Below, one piece after another: positions 14,866 to 23,815 of a stretch of DNA of 24,000 bases (position 1 is the stretch's first letter; each line of letters opens with the position of its first letter). The stretch is taken from NCBI GenBank assembly GCA_039796405.1, contig JBDKJX010000021.1:1-24000 (forward strand), read 5' to 3'. The stretch comes from Pseudomonadota bacterium (GTDB taxonomy: Bacteria; Pseudomonadota; Gammaproteobacteria; Burkholderiales; Chitinibacteraceae). The notes beneath the pieces were generated by a model that did not search any database, was not told the DNA's origin, and was given only the letters and a program-made list of their open reading frames with translations. The position numbers and the translations under genes were made by a program.

Positions 14866-15975
14866 GTGGCTTTTTCATTTATCCGCAAAATCATTGCGCC
14901 AAATACCTCAGGCAATACCTCCTCAGAAAACGAGAGTGAGACCGCTCCCATCGTTGCAGAGGAGTCTGGTTTTGACTTAAGCCAGCTCAGTATTGAAGTG
15001 ATTGATAACGATTCACTCCTCACCCCCATCCAAGAAGAAGTTGCCATGCTGCACGCCAGCGGCCAAAGCATAGCTGCTGCAGATATTCTACACTCAGAAC
15101 TAAAAAAAATAGCAGGATTACACCAAACTGAAGCATGGCTCATGCTTTTTGAGCTTTTACAGCAAAATAATGATAAACAACAGTTCGATAAAGTAGCCCT
15201 TTTATTTGTTTTAGAGTTTGAAAAAACACCCCCAACCTGGCACCAACATTCGGCAAAAGCCAGTAACGAAACACAAAACTATTATCAGTTCCCTGCCATC
15301 CTTAACCATAATAATATCGATAAAGAACTCATCGCCTTCCAAGCCGCCCTACAAACATGTAGTAGCTTGCGTATTGATATGGCAAAAATCAAAGAAATAG
15401 ACACTATTGCAGCGGCAGAGCTGCTCGCAATTTGGCAGCGCAGCGTTAAAAATGGCATCCGCTTACAACTATTAGGCAATCACGAGATAGAAACCCTGCT
15501 GCGCAGCCGTATCCAAACAGGCAGAGCGACTCCTGCTGAAGCACCACTGTGGCTGCTCTTGATTGAGCTACAGCAAATCCAAGGTTTACAGGATGAATTT
15601 GAAAATTTAGCCGTTGATTACGCCATCACCTTTGAAGTCTCGCCCCCTTCTTGGATCGAGCCTAATCAGCATGCTACGCCTATCTCAACGCCCCCAATTA
15701 AGCCCGTCAAAAAGCAAGATCGTTTATATATTGAAAGCGATATTCTAAATACTAAGCCTGAGCAACTTACGGCCATTCGTGATTACACCCAAGAAATCGC
15801 GTTCCCCGTGCTTGATTTTAGCGATGTACGCCGAGTAGATTTTGACTCCGCAGGGCAATTGCTGGGTATTTGCATGGATAAGCCACAGCAAATCACCCTT
15901 TGCAATGCCAATGCATTAATCGTTGCCTTGTTTCGGATTATGGGCATTACTGAGCTCGTAACGCTATCTAGCTAA
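14866..15975 (+). CDS. Internally duplicated protein: two (helical W-L-x-L-x-E-L...PP.W module + STAS-like domain) units
   Basis: GTG start, 369 aa. [37 protein letters not shown] aligns with [37 protein letters not shown]. Each module is followed by a STAS-like stretch ([18 protein letters not shown]..., [18 protein letters not shown]...). Confidence 0.65.
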   Translation: MAFSFIRKIIAPNTSGNTSSENESETAPIVAEESGFDLSQLSIEVIDNDSLLTPIQEEVAMLHASGQSIAAADILHSELKKIAGLHQTEAWLMLFELLQQNNDKQQFDKVALLFVLEFEKTPPTWHQHSAKASNETQNYYQFPAILNHNNIDKELIAFQAALQTCSSLRIDMAKIKEIDTIAAAELLAIWQRSVKNGIRLQLLGNHEIETLLRSRIQTGRATPAEAPLWLLLIELQQIQGLQDEFENLAVDYAITFEVSPPSWIEPNQHATPISTPPIKPVKKQDRLYIESDILNTKPEQLTAIRDYTQEIAFPVLDFSDVRRVDFDSAGQLLGICMDKPQQITLCNANALIVALFRIMGITELVTLSS

Positions 15976-16091
15976 TAGCGAATCCCAAGCTCCCCCGCGA
16001 AAAGGTATTTCTTGGCTACAAGCACAATCATGCTTGTATTTTGCAGCCCAAGCCGCCATCTGCCCCTATATGCTTATTAAGGATGCTTAAG

Positions 16092-16625
16092 ATGGAACAA
16101 TTTGATGGCACCACGATTGTCTCTGTACGCCGTGGGGATTTAGTTGCAGTAGGCGGCGATGGTCAGGTCACACTGGGGAATGTAGTTATCAAAGGCACGG
16201 CACGCAAAGTGCGTAAGCTTTACAACGATAAAGTGATCGTTGGCTTTGCAGGTGGCACGGCAGATGCTTTCACCTTGTTTGAGCGCTTTGAAACAAAACT
16301 AGAAAAGCACCAAGGCCACCTTACCCGCGCCGCCGTAGAGCTAGCAAAAGATTGGCGCACCGATCGCATGCTTCGCCGCTTAGAAGCCATGCTAATCGTG
16401 GCCGATAAAACCGCCACGCTAATTATCACCGGTAATGGCGATGTGCTAGAGCCAGAGCACGGCATTGCCGCGATTGGCTCAGGCGGTGCATTTGCGCAAT
16501 CTGCAGCCAGAGCACTCCTAGAAAACACCGATTTAGCCCCCGATGTCATCGTTAAAAAAGCGCTAGAAATCACCGGCGATATTTGTATCTATACCAATCA
16601 AAACCATACAATTGAGACAATGTAA
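16092..16625 (+). CDS. hslV: ATP-dependent protease subunit HslV
   Basis: [14 protein letters not shown]...[17 protein letters not shown]...[15 protein letters not shown]...GSGG...GDICIYTN is near-collinear with E. coli HslV. The ATG at 16092 follows AAGGA and is preferred over the TTG at 16041. Confidence 0.92.
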   Translation: MEQFDGTTIVSVRRGDLVAVGGDGQVTLGNVVIKGTARKVRKLYNDKVIVGFAGGTADAFTLFERFETKLEKHQGHLTRAAVELAKDWRTDRMLRRLEAMLIVADKTATLIITGNGDVLEPEHGIAAIGSGGAFAQSAARALLENTDLAPDVIVKKALEITGDICIYTNQNHTIETM

Positions 16626-16667
16626 GCTAAAGGTTCAATTGGCGTAGCTGGCACTCAGTGAAACGCA

Positions 16668-16720
16668 GCCCAACAATTCTATTCAGAATGTTGGGCTTCA
16701 CATGCTCAGCACCAACCTAC
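16668..16720. repeat. Hairpin plus REP-like unit downstream of hslV
   Basis: GCCCAACAATTCT (16668-16680) pairs with AGAATGTTGGGC (16685-16696) with one bulge. It is followed by a segment that reads GTAGGTTGGTGCTGAGCATGTGAAGCCCAAC on the minus strand, sharing the GTAGGTYGG head with the element at 11609. Confidence 0.45.
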
Positions 16721-16890
16721 TCGTTACATTAATACTTAAATACACATCATGCATTAAGCATACTCACTTTCATCTAGCCAATTCTTCCCTTTAAAAAATC
16801 CAATGGCAATCATTCAGCCGTAAATCATGTTGTCCAACAAAATGCCCATAGCAAGCTATAAAGAGATGTAAATTTAGGCGGCGATCCATC

Positions 16891-17712
16891 ATGGCAAAAC
16901 ACTTTTCTATTGGCGAACTACGCGTTATTTTGCTAGAGCCATCTCCAGCGCAAAATAAATTGATTACCACCAAACTAAAACTACTTGGCATTGGCGATAT
17001 CATTGCTTTTGAGCAGGGCTCGCAAGCGCTAGCCTCCTTAAAAGTAGATAGCAGCCCTAATCTGATCCTCAGTGCCATGTATTTAAAAGATATGACAGGG
17101 ATCGAGCTACTTACCCAGCTGCGCAACAACCCCGATACGCAAGACATCGCTTTTATTTTAATTTCTAGCGAAACCCAGCCCAAAGTATTAGAACCGCTTC
17201 GGCAACTTGGCGCTTGCGCAATTATCCCTAAGCCATTTACCTCAGAAAACCTAGACCATGCGCTTTGTGTATCGCTGGATTATTTATCCGAAGATTTAAC
17301 GTTAGATCAAGACGATTTAGAGCTGGATATGCTGCGCGTATTGTTAGTTGACGACTCTAAAGCCGCGCGCAATTACATGCGCAAAGTATTGGAAAACCTA
17401 GGCGTGCGTAATACTAATATCAAAGAAGCTGGCAATGGCCATGAAGGAGTACAGCTTTTAGAAGAGAGCGTGTTTGATTTATTAATTACTGATTACAATA
17501 TGCCCGAAATGGATGGCAAAGAATTAATTGAGTTTGTGCGTAAAAATAGCTGGCAAAGCAATATTCCCATCCTAATGGTTTCATCCGAAAGCGATGGTGG
17601 CCGGCTTGCCGCCGTTACTCAAGCAGGCGTATCAGGCATCTGCGATAAGCCTTTCGAACCATCCGTAGTACGCGGCTTACTTGAGCGAATCTTACGAGAG
17701 CAACAACCTTAG
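16891..17712 (+). CDS. Stand-alone tandem receiver protein: degenerate (pseudo-)receiver followed by a canonical CheY-like receiver
   Basis: Domain 2 has LLVDDS, LLITDYNMPEMDG, MVSSE and DKPF. Domain 1 has LLEPSP and LILSAMYL at the equivalent acidic positions. There is no output domain. Confidence 0.8.
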   Translation: MAKHFSIGELRVILLEPSPAQNKLITTKLKLLGIGDIIAFEQGSQALASLKVDSSPNLILSAMYLKDMTGIELLTQLRNNPDTQDIAFILISSETQPKVLEPLRQLGACAIIPKPFTSENLDHALCVSLDYLSEDLTLDQDDLELDMLRVLLVDDSKAARNYMRKVLENLGVRNTNIKEAGNGHEGVQLLEESVFDLLITDYNMPEMDGKELIEFVRKNSWQSNIPILMVSSESDGGRLAAVTQAGVSGICDKPFEPSVVRGLLERILREQQP

Positions 17713-18016
17713 GGACTGTTCACGCTTACTTTACTTTGGGAAAAGCCAAAACATCGGCTTTAGTCCTCACAGCTTTAAGCTGTTATATAGATTCTCTAGC
17801 TCAGCAGTTGATGATTTTGCTTTAAACCACGAACAATCTATCGAACTGAGCATCAATCGGCTGAAAAACTACCTCAGCGGCCCATATTTCATCTTTTTTT
17901 TGACCAAAACACGTTTAGCGGCTCAGCATGGCCTTCAAATCCGGCAAAATCTAGCCTCGTTGATGAGATTTTTCGCTTTCGACCGCCTAAGTCCGCCAAG
18001 CTGCTAGAATGTCGCC

Positions 18017-18982
18017 ATGTTGCATACACTTACAATCATACGTCAGCTCAATGCTGATGAATTCACCTCCGGCGAAGCGATTGCCAAACAATTGGGCGTC
18101 TCACGCTCGGCTGTTTCAGCCGCGCTTAACCGCAGTGCCGAATTTGGTATTGAGCTAGAGCGGCGCCATGGCGTAGGTTACAAACTCACCCAGCCCATTG
18201 AATGGCTAAATGCCGAAAGCATCAAACAAGCGCTTAACAGCCATAGCCCATTTAGCCTGAATTTAATCGATGAAATTGAATCTACCAACCGAACTTTACG
18301 CCAAGAATGCGCCGCTGCTGGCTCAGTATTGGCCGCAGAATGGCAAACGGCGGGCCGTGGCCGCCTAGGCCGCCACTGGGTAGGAAGCTTAGGCGGTAGC
18401 TTATTGTTTTCTGTGGTGTGGCGTTTTAATGGCGGAATCAGCCGTTTGGCTGGCTTAAGCCTTGCCGTGGGCATTGCTCTGGCCCGAGCATTAGAAAAAC
18501 AAGGCTATCAAGATATAGGGCTGAAATGGCCCAATGATTTGCACTGCGCCAAAGGCAAACTGGCGGGTATTTTGATCGAGCTATCTGGCGATACTTTAGG
18601 CCCCGTAGATGCGGTGATTGGGATTGGTCTTAACTTACGCCTATCCCAAAGCGAACGTCTAAACGCCAATCATGCCGCAGACTTAAGCGATTGCAGCGGC
18701 CCCAGCCCTGCACGCAACCTGCTTTTCGCCCGTATTTTAAATGAGCTAGGCGAGCTATTACCAAGCTTTGATCAAGGCGGCTTTGCCCCCTTACGCTCAG
18801 AATGGGAATACCGACATATCTGGCAGGGCGAGCAAGCAAGATTAATTTCACCAGACGGCCAAGAAAGCAGCGGCAAAATCATTGGCATTGCCGATGATGG
18901 CGCCTTGCGCATCGCTGGGGAAAATGGCTTGCAAGTGGTTTATGCTGGCGACATTAGCTTACGTAAGGTGGCCGCAGCTTGA
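18017..18982 (+). CDS. birA: Bifunctional biotin-[acetyl-CoA-carboxylase] ligase / biotin operon repressor
   Basis: It has an N-terminal HTH (GEAIAKQLGVSRSAVSAAL), the GRGRLGRHW motif and KWPNDL; 321 aa. Confidence 0.9.
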   Translation: MLHTLTIIRQLNADEFTSGEAIAKQLGVSRSAVSAALNRSAEFGIELERRHGVGYKLTQPIEWLNAESIKQALNSHSPFSLNLIDEIESTNRTLRQECAAAGSVLAAEWQTAGRGRLGRHWVGSLGGSLLFSVVWRFNGGISRLAGLSLAVGIALARALEKQGYQDIGLKWPNDLHCAKGKLAGILIELSGDTLGPVDAVIGIGLNLRLSQSERLNANHAADLSDCSGPSPARNLLFARILNELGELLPSFDQGGFAPLRSEWEYRHIWQGEQARLISPDGQESSGKIIGIADDGALRIAGENGLQVVYAGDISLRKVAAA

Positions 18983-19713
18983 GCTTACTACTAATAGACC
19001 TTGGAAATAGCCGAATCAAATGGGCCTATGGCAATCCGCCTTGGGCCTCTGTGGGACATAGCTTGACCGCAGATGTAGCGCAATTGCTTCAGCAACTGCT
19101 CACCCTGCCCCGCCCTGATGCCATTCATGGCTGTACGGTTGGCCAGCCCGCTGCGGCCCTTTTGCTAGAACAATTTTGCCAGCAGCAATGGGGCCACAGC
19201 ATTCAATGGCTAAAAGTAAACCGCAGTGCTTTGGGAATACACAATGCCTATCGCCATTTAGAGCAACAGGGGCCAGATCGCTGGGCAGCAGTACTCGGCG
19301 CACGCAGCTTATTTCCAGAGCGCGCTTTAGTGATTGCTAGCGCGGGCACCGCGCTTACTGTGGATGCACTCACCGAAGAGAACGAGTATCTAGGTGGCAT
19401 GATTTTGCCCGGATTAAGACTGATGAAATCTGCCCTTGCCCAAAAAACAGCAAGGCTCACTTTAAGTGAAGGGGCTTTTCATGATTTCCCGCGATGCACC
19501 ACCGATGCCATCGAAACGGGCTGTATTAGCGCAATGGCGGGTAGCATTATTGCCATGCAAACGCGCTTAGCCCAGCGAGGCGATACACCGCTTTGTATTA
19601 TTTCTGGAGGCGATGCCGCCTTGATCGCGCCCCATTTACCTATTCAACCCATTATCGCCGAACAGCTCGTCCTACACGGGTTAGCTGCACTTGCTCAGGA
19701 TATTCATCAATGA
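18979..19713 (+). CDS. coaX: Type III pantothenate kinase
   Basis: The TTG start overlaps the birA stop (TTGA). The LLIDLGNSRIKWA phosphate-1 motif is present; 244 aa. Confidence 0.85.
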   Translation: MSLLLIDLGNSRIKWAYGNPPWASVGHSLTADVAQLLQQLLTLPRPDAIHGCTVGQPAAALLLEQFCQQQWGHSIQWLKVNRSALGIHNAYRHLEQQGPDRWAAVLGARSLFPERALVIASAGTALTVDALTEENEYLGGMILPGLRLMKSALAQKTARLTLSEGAFHDFPRCTTDAIETGCISAMAGSIIAMQTRLAQRGDTPLCIISGGDAALIAPHLPIQPIIAEQLVLHGLAALAQDIHQ

Positions 19714-20420
19714 AATGGTTGTGCGCACTGCTCCTTGCTGCCAATTTAACCCTTTGGGGCTACAACTCATTACGAACCAAGCCTGTCAGTACCCGAGCCA
19801 GTGCACAGATTAATGCCGATAAAGTAAAACTGCTAGCTAGCCTGCCCGTGATTGTGGTTAATCGCCCGAGCCCAACACCGGAGCCTGAAGCCGCGCCACT
19901 CTCGGCCCCCATACCTACTCCGAGCCCAAGCCCGACTCCAACACCCCGCCCCGCCCCCCCCCCAAAAACCACGGTATGCATGCGCTGGAGTGGTACAGGG
20001 CAAGAGCAAAGCGACAGCATGCGCCAGCGCCTTAAATCGCTCGGCTTAGCCAGCAGCGAAGCCAATATCAGCGGAAAAGTTTGGGTCTATATTCCACCAC
20101 AAACAGATCTTGAGCTGGCTAACCGTAAAGCTCAGCAACTTAGCAGCCAGGGCGTGCAAGATTACTACGTGATTAATAATGGTGGCAGATGGCAAAACGC
20201 CATCTCACTCGGCGTATTCAGCAGCCGCGAAGGCGCTGAAAGACGCTTGAATGAATTAAAAAACCAAGGGGTAAGATCGGCAGTAGTAAGAGAGCGTGAC
20301 GACAGCCCATCCCATACCGTATTTACGCTGCGTAAAATCAGCCCAGAGCAGCAACAAAAACTAGAAAAGCTCAATAGCCAGCTAAAGGGTGCGCAACTGC
20401 AAACCAGCAATTGCTCTTAA
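19710..20420 (+). CDS. SPOR domain-containing protein with a Pro-rich linker
   Basis: The ATG at 19710 overlaps the coaX stop (ATGA) and yields the membrane anchor MKWLCALLLAANLTLWGY. The tracked ORF's 39-codon upstream extension lies inside coaX. The C-terminus YYVINNGGRWQNAISLGVFSSREGAERRLNELKNQGV is SPOR-like. Confidence 0.8.
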   Translation: MKWLCALLLAANLTLWGYNSLRTKPVSTRASAQINADKVKLLASLPVIVVNRPSPTPEPEAAPLSAPIPTPSPSPTPTPRPAPPPKTTVCMRWSGTGQEQSDSMRQRLKSLGLASSEANISGKVWVYIPPQTDLELANRKAQQLSSQGVQDYYVINNGGRWQNAISLGVFSSREGAERRLNELKNQGVRSAVVRERDDSPSHTVFTLRKISPEQQQKLEKLNSQLKGAQLQTSNCS

Positions 20421-21374
20421 TAAAATGACGAAGCGGCTGGGGCAACTTCCACCTCAGCCCAACACGGTGGCAGCAGCCATGGGGCGGCGGTAGCTATAAC
20501 GGGCAGGTAGCGCTCCCGCATCAGTGCAATGCTATCGTCGGCGAGCAGCTCAGGCAAATTGCCTAATTCATCGCTACGCGCAAGCAGGGTTAGTTCGCGG
20601 CAAAATTCGCCCTCGGGCACGGGTAAGCATTGCACTGCACCCGTTTTAATGCCGCCATGTAATAGACATCGCGGCGTGGTTAAAGTCCAGCCTAGGCCTG
20701 CTTTTACCATTTGCAAAATCGCGTAGGAATTATCCAGCTGCATGCGCAGTGGCGGATGAATGCTCCAGGTTTGCAGCTGGTTTTCAATACTGCGACCAAT
20801 CACGGTGGATTGGTTGTAGCGAATAAAATCCAACGCCGCCGCCAGCGTGCGTAAGCTATTCACAGGCCCTTTAAAATCAAGCGGCAGCACTAAAATAAAA
20901 GGCTCGCGCAATAGGTGGCGGCGAAAAAGCTCTGCATCCCCGCTCACCGCATCGTCAGTCAAAATTAGATCAACTCGGCGATTAAGTAAGGCATCGGCAT
21001 GCAGATGCGATTGCCCAGTAACCATCGACCAATGCCCAGTTCGGCGCTTAATAGCCGCAACCAACTCTTTGCCCACGCTAATCGCTAACGAATCCACTAA
21101 AGCAATCCGCACATGCTTAAGCGGCGTGGCTTCCTGACGGCGAAACTCTAGGCTCACGCGGCGTGCATCGCTTAATAAGCGCTCTGCCTGCTCATAAAAA
21201 CTTACGCCCCAATGGCGTTAGCATGGGGGAGCGCTGCGAGCGATCAAGGAGCTGCACATGCAATTGCACTTCAAGATTGGCGATGCTTTGGGAGACGGAC
21301 GACTGTGTCATCCCCAGCCGCTGCCCCGCCGCGGTCATCCCGCCCGCCTCAACAATCGCGGCGAAGACTTCCAA
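20417..21374 (-). pseudogene. LysR-family transcriptional regulator split by a frameshift between the HTH and effector domains
   Basis: ORF 21192-21374 encodes the wHTH (GMTAAGQRLGMTQSSVSQSIANLE...LLDR). ORF 20417-21157 encodes the effector domain and has no plausible start of its own. Its frame continues upstream as YEQAERLLSDARRVSLEF and meets the HTH frame at an A5/T5 run (21196-21200). Confidence 0.75.
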
Positions 21375-21693
21375 GCTTTTTAATCAAACCCAATCGGACT
21401 CGCAGCCATGCTGTTTCCATTGAGCTAGTTTTACTTGCTGATTTTTTTTGCCGCAAAACCCAAATCTTGCCCCCAAGCAGCACAGAATTTCACAGAGAAA
21501 AATGATTTAAAACTAGGGTGAAATATCCAGAAGTGCGGCGCAAGCTTAGTTTTATCTGTGTACTCTGTATTCCCTCACACTGCAGGTCTACCTATTTTTT
21601 GATCCACAGTCTTGAGGCTGGGCGTGTTTCTGATGCCAACGCGGGCACAACATCCTGCCTATCCTAGGAAACCTTTTCAATTCAAGAGAAAGC

Positions 21694-22599
21694 TTAAGCC
21701 AAACCTAGCCAATCCCTACCACACAAAAAATCGCTGTATAAACGCGCCTCTGGGCTGCCTGCCTCAGGGTGGTAATCATAGCGCCAGTTGACCACCGGGG
21801 GCATAGACATCAAGATGGATTCGGTGCGCCCACCTGATTGCAGACCAAATAGGGTGCCGCGATCAAACACTAGGTTAAATTCTACGTAGCGGCCACGGCG
21901 GTAAGACTGCCAATCACGCTCACGCGCGCCGTATTCGGCGTCTTCGTGGCGCTCCACAATCGGCACATAGGCGGGTAAAAAGGCGTTGCCGACGCTTTGC
22001 ATCATGGCAAAGCTAGCCTCAAAGCCAGCGTCGTTGTAATCATCAAAAAAGATGCCGCCAATGCCACGTGGCTCATTACGGTGTTTTAAGTGGAAGTAAC
22101 GATCACACCAAGCTTTAAACTCTGGATAAAGTTGCGTGCCAAAAGGATCGAGCGCGTCTTTACAGGCTTGATGAAAATGCACAGCATCTGCTTCTAGCCC
22201 GTAATAAGGGGTGAGATCCATACCACCGCCAAACCACCACACATCTTGATCGCCTTCTTTATAGGCTCGGAACAAGCGCACATTCATATGCACGGTAGGG
22301 ATATAAGGATTACGTGGATGCAACACCAGCGATACGCCCATCGCTTCAAAAGCACGTCCCGCCAGCTCGGGACGACCGGCGCTGGCTGATGGTGGCAGAG
22401 CATCGCCCATCACATGCGAGAAATTCACCCCGCCGCGCTCAAATAAGTTGCCGCCTTCAATCACCCGCGTCATACCACCGCCGCCGGCTTCTCTTTCCCA
22501 TTGATCGGTATGAAAAGTAGAACCATCGAGCTGCTCTAAGGTGGCGACAATATTTTGTTGCAAACTGAGGAGGTAATCTTTAACGGCAGTTGGATTCAT
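21694..22599 (-). CDS. hemF: Oxygen-dependent coproporphyrinogen III oxidase
   Basis: It carries [20 protein letters not shown] ([12 protein letters not shown]), [13 protein letters not shown] and [10 protein letters not shown]. The start at the ATG giving [14 protein letters not shown] (22599) follows AGGGA; the upstream Met at 22632 adds 11 atypical residues. Confidence 0.9.
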   Translation of the reverse strand: MNPTAVKDYLLSLQQNIVATLEQLDGSTFHTDQWEREAGGGGMTRVIEGGNLFERGGVNFSHVMGDALPPSASAGRPELAGRAFEAMGVSLVLHPRNPYIPTVHMNVRLFRAYKEGDQDVWWFGGGMDLTPYYGLEADAVHFHQACKDALDPFGTQLYPEFKAWCDRYFHLKHRNEPRGIGGIFFDDYNDAGFEASFAMMQSVGNAFLPAYVPIVERHEDAEYGARERDWQSYRRGRYVEFNLVFDRGTLFGLQSGGRTESILMSMPPVVNWRYDYHPEAGSPEARLYSDFLCGRDWLGLA

Positions 22600-22653
22600 T
22601 ATTATCCCTATATTTTTGTGGGGGCACGGCATACCGTGCCATTAATGCCACGC

Positions 22654-22685
22654 AAAAAACAGGCTGCCCCTTGAGGCAGCCTGTT
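22654..22685 (-). terminator. Rho-independent terminator after panD
   Basis: On the minus strand, the ACAGGCTGCC / GGCAGCCTGT stem is followed by TTTTTT (plus-strand A6 at 22654-22659). Confidence 0.8.
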
Positions 22686-22708
22686 CATCATGGGCATACA
22701 AGCCCGCA

Positions 22709-23089
22709 TTAAGCCGCTTGTTCCGGCGCATCATGCTTAATTTCTTTGATCCGGTTATCGCCATCCACAAACACCAGCTGCGGGTGAAAGTTAGCGATTT
22801 CGGCTTCTTCAAACTGAGCAAAGGTGGCGATAATCAGTAAATCACCCACTGCAGCTCGGCGCGCTGCAGAGCCATTGACCGAAATAATCCCCGAGCCACG
22901 TTCAGCCTTAATAGCGTAGGTAGAGAAACGCTCGCCGTTATCCACATTCCAGATATGAATCTGCTCGTGCACCAAGATATTGGCGGCTTCAAGCAGGTTT
23001 TCATCAATCGCACACGAGCCTTCGTAATGCAGCTCTGAATGAGTGGTGGTACAGCGATGAATTTTCGATTTAAGCAGGGAGCGTTGCAT
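22709..23089 (-). CDS. panD: Aspartate 1-decarboxylase proenzyme
   Basis: 126 aa. It carries [11 protein letters not shown], the YEGSCAID self-cleavage site (Gly-Ser) and [13 protein letters not shown]. Confidence 0.92.
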   Translation of the reverse strand: MQRSLLKSKIHRCTTTHSELHYEGSCAIDENLLEAANILVHEQIHIWNVDNGERFSTYAIKAERGSGIISVNGSAARRAAVGDLLIIATFAQFEEAEIANFHPQLVFVDGDNRIKEIKHDAPEQAA

Positions 23090-23240
23090 GATGTTTCTCC
23101 AGCCCGTTTCTGGGCAGGGCTGTTTCAGAAGGGATCAGATTATAATCCCAGAAACAACGATTGGACAGGGTAAGGTTTAAATCAATTGACGCAGCGCAGC
23201 AATTGATAATATGGATGCGATTCAAATTCAAACAGCACAT

Positions 23241-23789
23241 TTAGCCTCGATAAATAAAACAGCCATCTAGCAAAAACTCACCATCTGACACACGGGCATC
23301 GGGAGAAACACGGTCAAAATTTAATTGCTGACCATCAACCACCACCCATGCAGGGATAGGCTTTGCCTGATAGCTACCGATCACTTCAATGGCACGCTGA
23401 ATATTTGCGGGGCTTATAACTCGAGGCGCTGTGCTGGCAGCCAGCGGTGTAGTTTCAACCTCACGCGGCGCAGCAGCGGCTTCAATTTCGGCTGCTTGCA
23501 GCGGCAAATTACGTAAATACAAATTAAAAGCAAATTGCGGCAAGATCAGCCGACGTACTTTTTTTTCATCATCAATAATGCAGCACACACCGAACTCTGC
23601 ATCGCATTTAGGGCAATGCGCTTTGGCTGCGATAGCAATATGGTTTTCTACCAAACGCGCAATGCCGAGCATATCATTGGCTTGTAACATTTCTCCACAG
23701 CTCACGCAGGGCTTAGAAAACTGTTTAACCAGCGCACCATTTTTAAATTTTAATGGCAGACATTGCTTAAGACGTTGATTAGGTAGCAT
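23241..23789 (-). CDS. Hypothetical protein with an N-terminal Cys4 (CxxC...CxxC) zinc-ribbon-like motif
   Basis: 182 aa. CVSC and CPKC are separated by 27 residues, followed by an A/P-rich linker and a C-terminal beta-rich segment. No family recognised. Confidence 0.5.
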   Translation of the reverse strand: MLPNQRLKQCLPLKFKNGALVKQFSKPCVSCGEMLQANDMLGIARLVENHIAIAAKAHCPKCDAEFGVCCIIDDEKKVRRLILPQFAFNLYLRNLPLQAAEIEAAAAPREVETTPLAASTAPRVISPANIQRAIEVIGSYQAKPIPAWVVVDGQQLNFDRVSPDARVSDGEFLLDGCFIYRG

Positions 23790-23815
23790 TTATGATCATC
23801 ATGGTGTGTTAAACA

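Noticed and set aside
16791-17183. 130-aa minus-strand ORF
   Set aside because: It is antisense to the well-supported tandem receiver gene and overlaps the hslV-receiver intergenic region. It has no recognisable motifs.
17681-18007. 108-aa plus-strand ORF filling the receiver-birA intergenic gap
   Set aside because: It begins inside the receiver gene in another frame and has no RBS. The composition looks non-coding, and a TAGAAT -10-like box for birA lies at its 3' end. The ~300-bp gap is otherwise unexplained, but I could not support any feature in it.
19593-19709. 39-codon N-terminal extension of the SPOR-protein ORF
   Set aside because: The extension lies entirely within coaX in another frame. 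The ATG at 19710 overlaps the coaX stop (ATGA) and yields a proper membrane-anchor N-terminus.
21163-21505. Plus-strand ORFs of 86 and 97 aa
   Set aside because: They are antisense to the LysR HTH region and run into non-coding DNA. They are Arg/Ser/Pro-rich, typical of reverse-frame artefacts in GC-richer DNA.
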